A stretch of DNA of 64,000 bases, from positions 864,001-928,000 of the forward strand of contig CAWBKB010000003.1 in assembly GCA_963789265.1 (NCBI GenBank), written 5' to 3'. Position 1 is the first letter of the stretch. Every line of letters begins with the position of its first letter. Position numbers and translations under genes: made by a program. Source of the stretch: an uncultured delta proteobacterium (lineage in GTDB: Bacteria > Desulfobacterota > Desulfomonilia > Desulfomonilales > Desulfomonilaceae). A model generated the notes under the pieces. The model was given only the letters and a program-made list of their open reading frames with translations. It had not been told where the DNA came from and did no database searches. Positions 11,760 to 21,823 of the stretch are shown one piece after another.

Positions 11760-13941
11760 ATGAAGAATCCGGTGGAAATTCTCATCGTCGAAGACAGCCC
11801 CCTGCAGGCCAAGCGGCTGAAGCTTTTGTTAGAGCAGCACGACTACAAAGTGATGATAGCTTACAACGGCAGAGAAGGGCTCCAGGCGACGCGCGATTAC
11901 AGGCCCTCTCTCATCGTGAGCGACATCATTATGCCCGTCATGGACGGCTATGAAATGTGTCGCATTTTGAAACGTGATGAAGACCTCAAGCACACCCCAA
12001 TTGTTCTACTAACATCGCTGTCAAACCCGCAAGACGTTTTTCTTGGGCTGGAATCGGGAGCGGACAGCTACGTGAGCAAGCCTTTCCAAGCCGAGTCTTT
12101 GCTAGCCAGAATTGAATCGGTCCTGGCGGCATCCGTCCACATCAAGACCGGTAAGGAACTGGAAGAATTGGAAATTGTAGTCGGGGAAAAGCGTTACGTC
12201 ATAACTTCCAGCCGTCACCAAATATTGAATCTGCTCCTTTCCACTTACCAGGACGCTGTCGAGCAAAATCGAATTCTACGGGAAATGCGAACCAAATTGG
12301 TAATACTGAACGAAAGGCTCGAGACTTTAGTCGCAGAAAGAACTGCCTCGCTTCGGAAGGAAATTGCTGAACGCAAGCGCACCGAACAAGACTTGGCCTC
12401 GGAGAAGGAACGACTCTCAGTCACCCTCCGGTCCATCGGTGATGGAGTGATTACTACCGATACCGAGGGGAAAGTCGTGTTGCTGAACCGGGCGGCGGAA
12501 GATCTCACCGGCTGGACCCAGGAGGAAACCGTCGGCAGGTCTCTGACGAAGGTTTTCGATCTTACCGGGACAAAGGCCTTTGCCGGCGGAGAAACCGTGG
12601 TAGAAAACATTCTTAAGAACGGAGCCCTGCTGAGTCTTGACGATGAAATCATCCTGCGCTCGAGGAATGGCTTGGAACGAACAGTTGCGGTAAGCGGAAC
12701 CCCGATTTGTGACCTCATGAGCAGAATCATAGGTGCGGTCTTGGTCTTTCGCGACATAACCGAGAGAAGAAAGATGGAAGAAGAACGCACCAAGGCTCAA
12801 AAACTTGAATCCGTAGGCATCCTGGCTGGAGGCATTGCCCATGATTTCAATAACTTACTCACCGCCATCTTGGGGAATGTCACTCTGGCAAAAATCAGTT
12901 CCACCGCCGGCGATAATATTTTCGAGCGATTGGAGGAAGCGGAAAAAGCATCGTTGCGGGCCAAGAATTTGACTCATCAATTGTTGACGTTTTCTAAAGG
13001 TGGCGCGCCCCTTAAGAAGACGGTTTCCATTGCTCAACTGCTGAGAGATTCTGTTTGGTTTGCCCTGAGTGGATCCAATGTGCGCTGCGACCTTTCCGTC
13101 CCCGACGATCTCTGGATGGTCGAGGTCGATGAAGGACAGATAAGTCAAGTCATCCACAATTTGGTCATCAATGCCGATCAGGCCATGCCTGAAGGGGGCA
13201 CAATCAGAGTGTATGCCGAGAATTCGGCGACAGTACCCTCCGCATCACTCGGATGCGTTCTCTAACGACCTCAAATATGTCAAAGTCTCGGTCCAAGATG
13301 AAGGGATAGGTATAGCCCCGGAACATCTTTCCAAAGTATTTGACCCTTATTTCACGACTAAACAGAAGGGTAGCGGATTGGGACTTGCAAGTTGCTATTC
13401 TATATTAAGAAATCACGACGGGTTCGTCACCGTTGAATCCGATCTGGGTGTAGGAAGTACCTTCCACGTTTTCCTGCCGGCTGCCCCGATGAATAAACCT
13501 GCGGTTGAGGAAGCCAAGGTACGGCCTCGGCCCGAGAAAGGAACAGTGCTTGTCATGGACGACGAGGAGATATTGAGAAACTTTCTCGGCGAGCTACTGG
13601 ATTTATTGGGATATGAGGTTGAGTTTGCGTGCCACGGTCTTGAAGCGATAGATCTTTATAGCGAGGCGAAAGCCGCCGGCACGCCGTTCGATTGTGTTCT
13701 CATGGACTTGACAATACCGGGCGGCATGGGCGGAAAAGAAGCAATTCAAAGATTACTGGAAATCGATCCTGATGTTAAGGCGATTGTCTCAAGCGGCTAT
13801 TCGGATGATCCGGTGATGGCTGAACCCGCAAAGTATGGCTTCGTCGGCGTCGTGGCAAAGCCCTATGACGCCAACTTGCTTGGCGAAGTGATCCACAGAG
13901 TTATGACAGAGCACAAAAATAGTGCTCTTTCGCAAAATTAG
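11760..13941 (+). CDS. Hybrid sensor histidine kinase (REC-PAS-HisKA-HATPase-REC), apparent frameshift at ~13251
   Basis: ILIVEDS/SDIIMP receiver, PAS, AGGIAHDFNNLL H-box; DEGIGI and FTTKQKGSGLGL plus a second receiver in the 13171..13941 frame. Confidence 0.9.
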
Positions 13942-13958
13942 TTAGCCCGACGAGCAGT

Positions 13959-14966
13959 ATGTCTCTTTCAAACTCCGTTTATCATGACGACATCACGGAC
14001 GTCCCCGGGATGCGAGTGGGCAATGCTCACGATGCAGATGCCAAGACAGGGGTAACCGTAATTCTACCCCCTGCTGACGGCGCTCGCGCCGGCCTTCACG
14101 TGGGGGGTAGCGCGCCTTCCACTCGTCAGATCGATTCCCTCCGGCCCTTCCATGTGGTGGACCGGGTTCACGGAGTCTGTTTGTGTGGTGGTAGTGCCTA
14201 TGGTCTGGACGCGGCCGGTGGAGTGTTGGTTTACTTGGAGGGAAAGGGAGTCGGGTTCCAGGTAGGTGAGAGAACAATTCCTATCGTACCGGCTGCTGCG
14301 ATCTTTGATTTGAACGTGGGGAATGGATCGATTCGTCCCGACACGGCGATGGGTCGCGATGCATGCCGGAATGCATCTCATGGACCGATAGCACAGGGGA
14401 GTGTCGGCGCAGGCATCGGAGCCAGTGTCGGAAAACTGTTCGGCATAGAACAAGCCATGAAGGGCGGGCTTGGTTCGGCCTCCTGCGTTTCACACGATCT
14501 TGTAGTCGGGGGAATGGTTGTAGTCAATGCATTTGGAGACGTTTGCGATATGCACGGAAACGTTCTTGCCGGGTGCCGAGTGTCTCCCGACGCGCTGGAA
14601 CCTGCTGACTCGGCGCGTCTCTTGAGAGAAGGTAAAGCTCTGTCTAGACGCGTTTCGGTTGAAAATACCTCTCTGGCCGTAGTGGCAGTCAATGCACGGC
14701 TTGGGAAGATCGCGGCGTCAAGGGTGGCCGCGCAGGCCACTCTAGGTATGGCAGCCGTGATTCGACCCTTCCACAGCCACCTTGACGGTGATTTAACTAT
14801 TGTCTTGAGTGTCGGAGACAAGGATGCCGATCTCAGCCGCATTGCTCTGTTGGCGGCTGAAGTCCTCCAGCGATCTGTGATAAAAGCGGTGCAAAGCGCT
14901 GATGGCCTGGGGATTCTGCCTGCATGGAAGGACCGACGCTCGATTGCGGGGGGCTATGGTTCTTAG
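13959..14966 (+). CDS. P1/S58 family peptidase (DmpA-like)
   Basis: ITDVPG.RVG.A, TGVTVI, GGSAYGLDAAGGV, GSVGAGIGA, DGD motifs. Confidence 0.85.
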   Translation: MSLSNSVYHDDITDVPGMRVGNAHDADAKTGVTVILPPADGARAGLHVGGSAPSTRQIDSLRPFHVVDRVHGVCLCGGSAYGLDAAGGVLVYLEGKGVGFQVGERTIPIVPAAAIFDLNVGNGSIRPDTAMGRDACRNASHGPIAQGSVGAGIGASVGKLFGIEQAMKGGLGSASCVSHDLVVGGMVVVNAFGDVCDMHGNVLAGCRVSPDALEPADSARLLREGKALSRRVSVENTSLAVVAVNARLGKIAASRVAAQATLGMAAVIRPFHSHLDGDLTIVLSVGDKDADLSRIALLAAEVLQRSVIKAVQSADGLGILPAWKDRRSIAGGYGS

Positions 14967-15020
14967 TGCTACTCGTACATGCAGCTTCGTCCGCTCAGTT
15001 TTAATTTGTGAGCACGCGAC

Positions 15021-15066
15021 AAAAAAGAAAGGCCCCCGGGGGACGCGCCGAAGGCCTTTCTTCTTC
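15021..15066. terminator. Probable bidirectional intrinsic terminator between convergent genes
   Basis: AAGAAAGGCC (15025-15034) / GGCCTTTCTT (15053-15062) stem with A- and T-rich flanks. Confidence 0.65.
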
Positions 15067-15084
15067 ACTCTTTCGGAGACGATT

Positions 15085-15570
15085 CTAGAAGCTTGACATT
15101 TTCCACGGGCATCCTCCGCACCCTTGACCGCCAACCCTGCAACAGCCTCCAAGGCCCATTGCGGCAAAACCTGGCCCGGCGGAAGCCAACTTCTGCCTCT
15201 GTTCCGGGGTCAAGAGTGCCCTGAACTTGGTGCCCGTCCCTCGTCGCTCGTTGCGCATCGAATCCTGTACGGACCAGATTTCTTGCCTCTTCTTCTCAAT
15301 TGCCTGCTCGTCAGGGTTGTCTTTAGAAGCCAATTCCATCAACTGAATCCTCTTTTGGGCCAGATTGGACCTGAGCGTCTCCAGCTTCTTGAACAACTCG
15401 TTTCTCAGCGCAGTCACTTGCTTCTGCTGATCTGCTGACAGATCGAGCCTTGCAGCCGCGCATCTGCCCATGCCACCTAAACAGCAGCCCATTTGTTGCG
15501 CGAAAGAGGCTGATGCCACCAGCAAAAGCGTCATCGGGACTGCCAATACGGTTGCCTTAGCGAATCTCAT
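15085..15570 (-). CDS. Spy/CpxP/ZraP-family periplasmic protein with Cys-rich ends
   Basis: Signal peptide, LDLSADQQKQ and LLTPEQRQKL (LTxxQ) motifs. Confidence 0.8.
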   Translation of the reverse strand: MRFAKATVLAVPMTLLLVASASFAQQMGCCLGGMGRCAAARLDLSADQQKQVTALRNELFKKLETLRSNLAQKRIQLMELASKDNPDEQAIEKKRQEIWSVQDSMRNERRGTGTKFRALLTPEQRQKLASAGPGFAAMGLGGCCRVGGQGCGGCPWKMSSF

Positions 15571-15720
15571 TCAGTACCTCCTTTTGTCCGGGCGGTTCTT
15601 TTGTATCTAATATTGATTACAGTCCCCGGAGCAAAAGCTCGCGAAAAATCATTGTGAGGTAGCTGAAAGATTGATTGAACAGCCGAGATATAATTGCGCG
15701 GTCTGATCTTTAGGTCCGAA

Positions 15721-16254
15721 TTAGCGAGATGTCTCCCCGGTCACGGGAGGCCGCATGGGGCCGCAAGAACCCATGCCACCTGACCGGCCGCGTCCGCGAC
15801 GCCACCCGCCCCGGCCAAAACACATGCCCGACATCATACAACATCGATTCTTTAGAAAAACGACAAACGCTTGCCTCTTTTCCGGCGGCAACGCGGCCAT
15901 GACGGCACATATTCTTGTGATCGCGTCTTTCTCTAACTTCCCTTTTGCCTTGATCAGTTCACTAATACGCTGCTCCACCGCGGCGGTGTCGGACGGATGC
16001 TTCGCGATTAAGTCCAGAAGCTCGAAATTCTTCGCCAGGATTTCGCTTCTGGCTTGTATCGTTGCCGGCCCCCCGTTCCTCAAACTGAGTTTCCGGATTC
16101 GTTCGACGTCCTGGTTTGTCAAGGCAGGAGCTCCATTCCCGAGGGCCGAGGGAGAAGTTCGTTCCACCCATAAATGGCGGACCAACGTTATGGCTACCGC
16201 CAAATTCAGGGTCAGAGAGAAAACAAAAACACCCGTTAGAATCGCCTTCTTCAT
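15721..16254 (-). CDS. Periplasmic heavy-metal-sensor/Spy-like protein
   Basis: Start ATG overlaps anti-sigma stop; FSLTLNLA TM motif, LTNQD and LPPEKRQAF LTxxQ-like motifs. Confidence 0.7.
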   Translation of the reverse strand: MKKAILTGVFVFSLTLNLAVAITLVRHLWVERTSPSALGNGAPALTNQDVERIRKLSLRNGGPATIQARSEILAKNFELLDLIAKHPSDTAAVEQRISELIKAKGKLEKDAITRICAVMAALPPEKRQAFVVFLKNRCCMMSGMCFGRGGWRRGRGRSGGMGSCGPMRPPVTGETSR

Positions 16255-16697
16255 CTGGAATTCTCCGCACCGGCGATGTCCGCAACAATGTCCGAAAACG
16301 AGTCCCCTGCATCGGGAAGAAGATAGTCCAGCTTGGTCGGCAATGTGTCGCCGGCGAGTATTCCCGTCACAGATCGGCCGGCAATACCCCCCAGGCCGAT
16401 TGCCAGAAGTACGATCACGACGAACAATGGCACTCTGCCCCATGCCGCGGGGAATTTCGATTCGCGGCCGCGCGCGTTTTCTTCGATCAGTCTGGCCCTC
16501 ATTTTGGCGCCGAGCGCCGGTCGCTGCCAACTCTCCCCCAGAGCAGTAAGCTCCTTGTTCAATCCGGCGATCCGCTCGTATTCGTCCCTGCACGAAACGC
16601 AAGTGGTGAGGTGCTTCTCGAGCGCTCCTGCAGCAGATTCTCCAGCTTCGTCATCTATCAGCCTTGATATTTCCTTTTCGTACTCGCGGCATCCCAT
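16251..16697 (-). CDS. Zinc-finger (zf-HC2) anti-sigma factor
   Basis: C...IS.LIDDE, HLTTCVSC (HxxxCxxC), single TM helix; directly after ECF sigma. Confidence 0.85.
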   Translation of the reverse strand: MGCREYEKEISRLIDDEAGESAAGALEKHLTTCVSCRDEYERIAGLNKELTALGESWQRPALGAKMRARLIEENARGRESKFPAAWGRVPLFVVIVLLAIGLGGIAGRSVTGILAGDTLPTKLDYLLPDAGDSFSDIVADIAGAENSR

Positions 16698-16756
16698 GGA
16701 TTGCCCCTCCACCCTTCTATACCTCTTGCCTCGCCTAAATCTCGCGCTAATGAGAA

Positions 16757-17341
16757 TTATTCCTCAAGAATCTCCAACAGCCGCCTCCGACCGCGAAATA
16801 TCAGCGATTCCACGGACGATACGGAAGTGTTCATAACATTTGCGATTTCGGCGTAGGTCAAGTCCTCCTGCGCCTTTAGGAGTACTGCAGTCCGCTGTCG
16901 TTCCGGCAGGACTTTCAGCGCCAATTCTACACGCGAACACTCCTGCTTAAGCGCCAAGAGCCTCTCACAATCCTGCTCGCTACCGAAAGGCAAACAATCG
17001 GGTGCTTCTCCCCCTCGCTCGGCGACGTCGCCTTCATTGAGAAATCTCATCGTGCGCCGCTTTAACGAACTGAAGATGTTGATGCTCTGGTTCCTGGCGA
17101 TGGTTAGCAGCCACGTTTTGAAGGTCGCCGTGCCAGGAGAGAAATTTTCAATATGCTTGAAAGCTCGCAAAAATGTCTCTTGAACCACGTCCTCGGCGTC
17201 CTGTGCGCCGCCCGTGATACCCCGGGCAAGTCGGTAGACAGCAGGGGTGTGGCGGTCAACAAGCGCGGCAAAATCCCTTTCCGATCCGCCCTGGGCCCCT
17301 AAGGCAAGCTCCTCGTCCGTGGGATTGTCGTGGTCCGACAT
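16757..17341 (-). CDS. ECF RNA polymerase sigma factor
   Basis: DAEDVVQETFLRAF, FKTWLLTIARN, LPERQR, TYAEIA..M..SVSSV.SLIFRGRRRL. Confidence 0.92.
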   Translation of the reverse strand: MSDHDNPTDEELALGAQGGSERDFAALVDRHTPAVYRLARGITGGAQDAEDVVQETFLRAFKHIENFSPGTATFKTWLLTIARNQSINIFSSLKRRTMRFLNEGDVAERGGEAPDCLPFGSEQDCERLLALKQECSRVELALKVLPERQRTAVLLKAQEDLTYAEIANVMNTSVSSVESLIFRGRRRLLEILEE

Positions 17342-17793
17342 TTTACTGAATTACCATCCCCCCCCCGGCCGGACGTCAAACAGCGCCCGTTGTGACTCTT
17401 CACTCGCTCGGAGACCGATACTGCGACGAGCAAAGCGACGAAGCAATCCACTTTGCGGGGCCGCGATGATATTGATCGCTTTGTCGCCAGGCTCTGGGCT
17501 CCCAATCTCCCCCGTGGAAAATGCCGTCCCCTCCCCAAGTAACCGAATCGGCGGCACTCAGGCAATGGCGGATGCCTGTTTCCATGCCATCTCCCGGATT
17601 CCCGCGAGCGCGCCCGGGCCGCCGGCGCGTGTGTGACGGAGTTGTTGGGGGGTTAGAGCCCGGGCACGCTGCGCAAAGTCCTAGGGCCCTTGGGGCGTCG
17701 TCACCACGACGCTATGCACACCGCAGTTCCTCTGACATGCAGGAAAGAACTGAGCATGGTCCTCGCCTGCTCCAGCAGCCGGCTGGGAGAAAT

Positions 17794-17827
17794 GAAAAGG
17801 CCGGGACACCTAGCCTCCCGGCCTTTC
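17794..17827 (-). terminator. Intrinsic terminator downstream of 17870..18262
   Basis: AAAGGCCGGGA / TCCCGGCCTTT 11-bp stem with T run on the minus strand. Confidence 0.65.
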
Positions 17828-17869
17828 GGACTATCTCTCAGCTATACCGAAGCAAATGAACTCTGCCGG

Positions 17870-18262
17870 TCACCAACCCTTCGGAGGGATATAGATGTTA
17901 ACCGGCGTGCAGGGCACGGCTGCCGTGACATACGCGGGCCCGTCAAGAGCACATTGACAGCACTCGTCGCCGGGGCACCGGCTAAACAGCGGAGTTGCCA
18001 CAATTGCTGCGGCCCTGAAGGGAATGCTCAAAGCGCAGTGAAGTAACCCGGGAATCAGCGGGGGCTCACACGCGGGGGCAACGGGGCCTCTGAGTGTGTA
18101 GTCCGCCGGATTCAAACCCGTTAGACAGGCACTACCACCACAATAGACGGTGTTCGGAATCCCCGGCGCAGGCCATTTTGCTACGGTGTAACCCCAGGAC
18201 ATCCCTGCACCTAGTGCCAGCATCGCAAGGATTCCAAGAATTACAGCGGATTTCTTAACCAT
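17870..18262 (-). CDS. Secreted Cys/Pro-rich hypothetical protein (130 aa, 9 Cys)
   Basis: AAGGAGG RBS, Sec-type signal peptide MVKKSAVILGILAMLALGAGMSWG, own terminator. Confidence 0.75.
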   Translation of the reverse strand: MVKKSAVILGILAMLALGAGMSWGYTVAKWPAPGIPNTVYCGGSACLTGLNPADYTLRGPVAPACEPPLIPGLLHCALSIPFRAAAIVATPLFSRCPGDECCQCALDGPAYVTAAVPCTPVNIYIPPKGW

Positions 18263-18337
18263 ACCCTCATCCTCCTTTCATTCAAGACCTTCCAGTTTCG
18301 AACCGGAAAAAACGGATACTCTATTTAATATGCCTGA

Positions 18338-18366
18338 TATTTATCTGAATAACAGCTCATTGTCAA
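18338..18366 (-). promoter_or_regulatory. Putative sigma70 promoter for 17870..18262
   Basis: TTGACA-17 bp-TAAATA on the minus strand. Confidence 0.5.
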
Positions 18367-18426
18367 GCACTTTTTCGCCCAGGCAGGGTCGTCGGCACAA
18401 TGAACTCGTTCCAGATCCTCTCAACA

Positions 18427-18461
18427 AGAGGGACCGGACTGTGAGAAATCCTGGTCCCTCT
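18427..18461 (-). terminator. Hairpin/terminator downstream of 18506..18976
   Basis: AGAGGGACC / GGTCCCTCT inverted repeat. Confidence 0.5.
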
Positions 18462-18505
18462 CCACAGTTCACGCGTCCACCCTTGCCCAAGCAAGGGCTT
18501 CGGAT

Positions 18506-18976
18506 TTACCAAAGGCTACCAAACATAACTGAGGGCGCACCCAAAACCATGGGGACACCTGCCAAAACGCAGGAAACCGGACCATAGCAAGGACCGCAGG
18601 GTCCGTCGCCACCTAGACCGCCGCAGGCGCCGCCGAGGCCACATCCATATACGCCGTCGCAGCCGCCGAACAGAACATCAAATGGGAAGCCGAGAAGGTT
18701 GGCAACCGCGTCGCACAATCCCGCGGGGCACCCCTTATCACAGGACCCCGAGCAGCACATGGGGCCGGGTGCCGGGCAGGGACCCACGATCTTGCACTGC
18801 CATGTCTTGACCATTGTCGGGAATTCCGGCGTAGGGCACTCTACAGGAACGTACAGAGGCTTGCACATCCCGCACCCGTCATCGCCGGGAAACCCGACAA
18901 AAAACGCGGAGCACGGACCCACAGCCATAAGCATCAGTGACAAAATACCGAGAACAACAACAGTTCTCTTGACCAT
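18506..18976 (-). CDS. Secreted Cys/Gly/Pro-rich hypothetical protein (156 aa, 17 Cys)
   Basis: Same RBS/leader as the neighbour, signal peptide MVKRTVVVLGILSLMLMAVGPCSA. Confidence 0.75.
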   Translation of the reverse strand: MVKRTVVVLGILSLMLMAVGPCSAFFVGFPGDDGCGMCKPLYVPVECPTPEFPTMVKTWQCKIVGPCPAPGPMCCSGSCDKGCPAGLCDAVANLLGFPFDVLFGGCDGVYGCGLGGACGGLGGDGPCGPCYGPVSCVLAGVPMVLGAPSVMFGSLW

Positions 18977-19070
18977 ACCCTCATCCTCCTTTCATCAATC
19001 CTTTTCAAAGGAAGCTTAAAAACCAGATTTGGATTGCCTCCAAAAAATATAGCCCTGGATGTGATTTAAC

Positions 19071-19099
19071 TTTATTGCAGAAATAACCCCTCTTGTCAA
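19071..19099 (-). promoter_or_regulatory. Putative sigma70 promoter for 18506..18976
   Basis: TTGACA on the minus strand (19094-19099) followed by an AT-rich, weak -10; spacer shares GTTATT with the 18338 promoter. Confidence 0.4.
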
Positions 19100-19545
19100 C
19101 CTTTTTTTCCGGACACCGATCCGGTCAACCGGGGGGGCCAAGCTGCACCCAAGTTTCGACGTAGGTTAGCCGTCATCAAAGTCGATTGTCAAGTGAAAAA
19201 TCGCCACTGTCGCGCGTGTACGGGTCCCAGACTCCCCGGGACCGAACGCTGGCCGAATTCAGGCCGCCACAAAACTTTTTTAACACGGGCACCATATAGT
19301 TGTTCTGCCGAGGGGCGTCGTGGTGACTGCGAAACATTCCCCCCTCAGCACATTGCTCGACGGAACAAATGCCAAAACTCCCGGGTTGGTATTGACTCCC
19401 ATGATCTGTGAAGCTAAAAGTGGAAAGAAGAGTCTGGACGCCTATTCACATTGGCGCAAACATCACATCTGTGCGGGGACTGCACGTTGTGTTTGGAAAG
19501 CTTTTTGATATCAGGCTATTCAAGAAACAGGAGGAGCCACAGTTT

Positions 19546-20397
19546 ATGCTCAATCATTCCACTGGATCTGTCTTCACCGGTGCATCAAAATATGTCCTGG
19601 ATGCGGAGCTTGCGGGGATCGTCAATATTTCTATGGCCCTGGAAATGCCGTTGCTTCTCAAGGGAGAACCCGGGACGGGAAAAACAATGCTCGCGCATGC
19701 AATCGCCGAAAGCCTGAACATGCCGCTCTTTGTGTTGAACGTCAAGTCCAGTCTAAAACTGGTCGATGCCTTGTACCAGTATGACACCCTAACGCGTCTT
19801 AACGACAGCCGGTTCGGAGATTCAAGTCGAGACGTGAGTAATATTGAAGACTACATAAGGATGGGTAAAATAGGACAGGCTTTTGTTTCCGAAACTAAGG
19901 TGGTGTTGCTCATAGATGAAATCGATAAAGCCGACACCGATTTCCAGGACGACATGCTGGACGTCCTCGATCAGATGGAATTCGACATAATGGAAATTGA
20001 CAAGACGGTTAAAGCCAAGACCAGGCCGGTTATAGTCATTACTTCCAACGCCAAGAAAGATCTGTCCGATCCGTTTCTGGGAAGGTGTAATTTCCACCAC
20101 ATTGCGTTTCCCGAGCCCGACATGATGAGGCAGGTTATCCGCGTCCACTTTCCGGACCTTGACAAGGAGATCCTTGATGCATGTGTGAAGACTTTCTATC
20201 GTCTCCGCGAATACCAAGGAATTGAAAAGAAGCCGGCCACCAGAGAACTCATCAACTGGGTGAGGGCCCTTCGTCAGGATCCGGATTTCAGACCTAAGGA
20301 CCTGGTGGCGGGCAAGATCCCATTTCTCGGACTTCTCTTCAAAAAGAGCCCGGATTATCAGCAGGCCCTGTTGCAGGGGCGACGTTTGCGCGGTTGA
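19546..20397 (+). CDS. MoxR-family AAA+ ATPase
   Basis: LLLKGEPGTGKT, VLLIDEIDKAD, VITSN..KDLSDPFL.RC.FHHI.FP; GGAGGAG RBS. Confidence 0.9.
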   Translation: MLNHSTGSVFTGASKYVLDAELAGIVNISMALEMPLLLKGEPGTGKTMLAHAIAESLNMPLFVLNVKSSLKLVDALYQYDTLTRLNDSRFGDSSRDVSNIEDYIRMGKIGQAFVSETKVVLLIDEIDKADTDFQDDMLDVLDQMEFDIMEIDKTVKAKTRPVIVITSNAKKDLSDPFLGRCNFHHIAFPEPDMMRQVIRVHFPDLDKEILDACVKTFYRLREYQGIEKKPATRELINWVRALRQDPDFRPKDLVAGKIPFLGLLFKKSPDYQQALLQGRRLRG

Positions 20398-20419
20398 ATA
20401 GGACCGGTGTGAGTAAATT

Positions 20420-21613
20420 ATGTTTGTCGATTTTTTCTACACACTGAGGGAATCAGGCGTTCCCGTATCCCCCACGTCGTTCCTTCGCTTGCAGAAGGCC
20501 CTACAATATGGGCTTGTCGCAGGATTGGACGATTTCTATACCACTGCCCGAGCCATATTGGTAAAAAGCGAACGCTATTTTGATATTTACGACAGGGTGT
20601 TCGCGCATTTATTTCAAGGCGCTGAGCTACCGGACTTCCGCGGAATCGATTTAGATTCCGCGGCCCGGCAACTGCTGGAAGAGTGGCTCAAGGAACCAGA
20701 GGCATTGGCCCAGGCTCTCGGAATAAGTCAGGAACAGTTGCGGGGAATGCAGCCGGAAGAGCTGATCAAATACTTTCTTGAGCGACTAAAGGAGCAAACC
20801 GAAGAGCATCACGGCGGCAGCCGCTGGATAGGTACCGGCGGCACGTCCCCAGTGGGCCATTCAGGATTTCACCCAGGTGGAATGCGAGTGGGGGGCAGAT
20901 CGATGGGGAAATCCGCGATAAAGGTCGCGCTGGACAGGCGATATCGTGACTATGCCGTAGAAGGTCCTTTGACGCAGGCCCAGATGGGCGAGGCCCTTAA
21001 AAGGCTTCGGAGGATGATCCCTGTCGGCCCTAAGGACCGGGTAAACGTTGATGAAACTATCAGAGCTACCACGAAGAATGCCGGCGAAATTGAAATCGTC
21101 TTTGAAAGAAGCCTCCGTGATCGGCTCAAAGTAATCTTGATGATAGATAATGGCGGATGGTCCATGGATCCCTATGTGGACGTGGTGCAGACGCTGTTCA
21201 ATTATTCCCGATCACAATTCAAGGATCTGAAAACCTTCTTCTTTCACAACACAATCTACGACTTTGTGTGGGAGGACCCTCCAAGGAGGTATAAACCTCA
21301 ACGTGTGCAGGACTTAGCTGCATGGGATCCCGAAACGAGACTAGTGGTTGTGGGGGACGCGAGCATGGCTCCCTACGAACTAATGGCGACAGACGGGTCC
21401 ATACATATCGAAGAGCGCAGTGGGCTACCAAGCATCGACCGCCTCAACTTGTTGATGGAGTCATTTCCTCATTCAGTGTGGCTCAACCCGACACCTTTGC
21501 ACCTGTGGCCCATGACCAGGACCATTGGAATAATTGCCAATATTTTCTCCATGTTTGAACTCACCTTAGAAGGCCTGGACCAAGCGGTAGTTCATTTGAT
21601 GAGCCGCAATTAG
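20420..21613 (+). CDS. VWA-domain (CoxE-like) partner of MoxR
   Basis: HHGGSRWIGTGGTSP.GH.G, IDNGGWSMDPY MIDAS-like motif, VGDASMAPYEL, VWLNP. Confidence 0.85.
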   Translation: MFVDFFYTLRESGVPVSPTSFLRLQKALQYGLVAGLDDFYTTARAILVKSERYFDIYDRVFAHLFQGAELPDFRGIDLDSAARQLLEEWLKEPEALAQALGISQEQLRGMQPEELIKYFLERLKEQTEEHHGGSRWIGTGGTSPVGHSGFHPGGMRVGGRSMGKSAIKVALDRRYRDYAVEGPLTQAQMGEALKRLRRMIPVGPKDRVNVDETIRATTKNAGEIEIVFERSLRDRLKVILMIDNGGWSMDPYVDVVQTLFNYSRSQFKDLKTFFFHNTIYDFVWEDPPRRYKPQRVQDLAAWDPETRLVVVGDASMAPYELMATDGSIHIEERSGLPSIDRLNLLMESFPHSVWLNPTPLHLWPMTRTIGIIANIFSMFELTLEGLDQAVVHLMSRN

Positions 21614-21823
21614 CATCCTGTTGACACTGTGCCCTTGTAGGCTACGGTATCCTACGAGAGGCACAGTCTGACCGCGCTCCTGAGATCCACCCGAACCGCC
21701 CATTAGCTCCGCCTGGGGCGACACTGCGCATTTGCAGGCGCGCTGGCGTCGGTGTGAGACCGGTGTTGATCTCATCGGCGGTTTGATGTAGTTACCTGGC
21801 GGACACGGAACGGCCGTTGCTCG

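Noticed and set aside
17342..17790. GC-rich intergenic region as ncRNA, riboswitch or small ORFs
   Set aside because: No recognisable RNA family motif, and the ORFs lack convincing RBS or protein features; an Rfam scan would settle it
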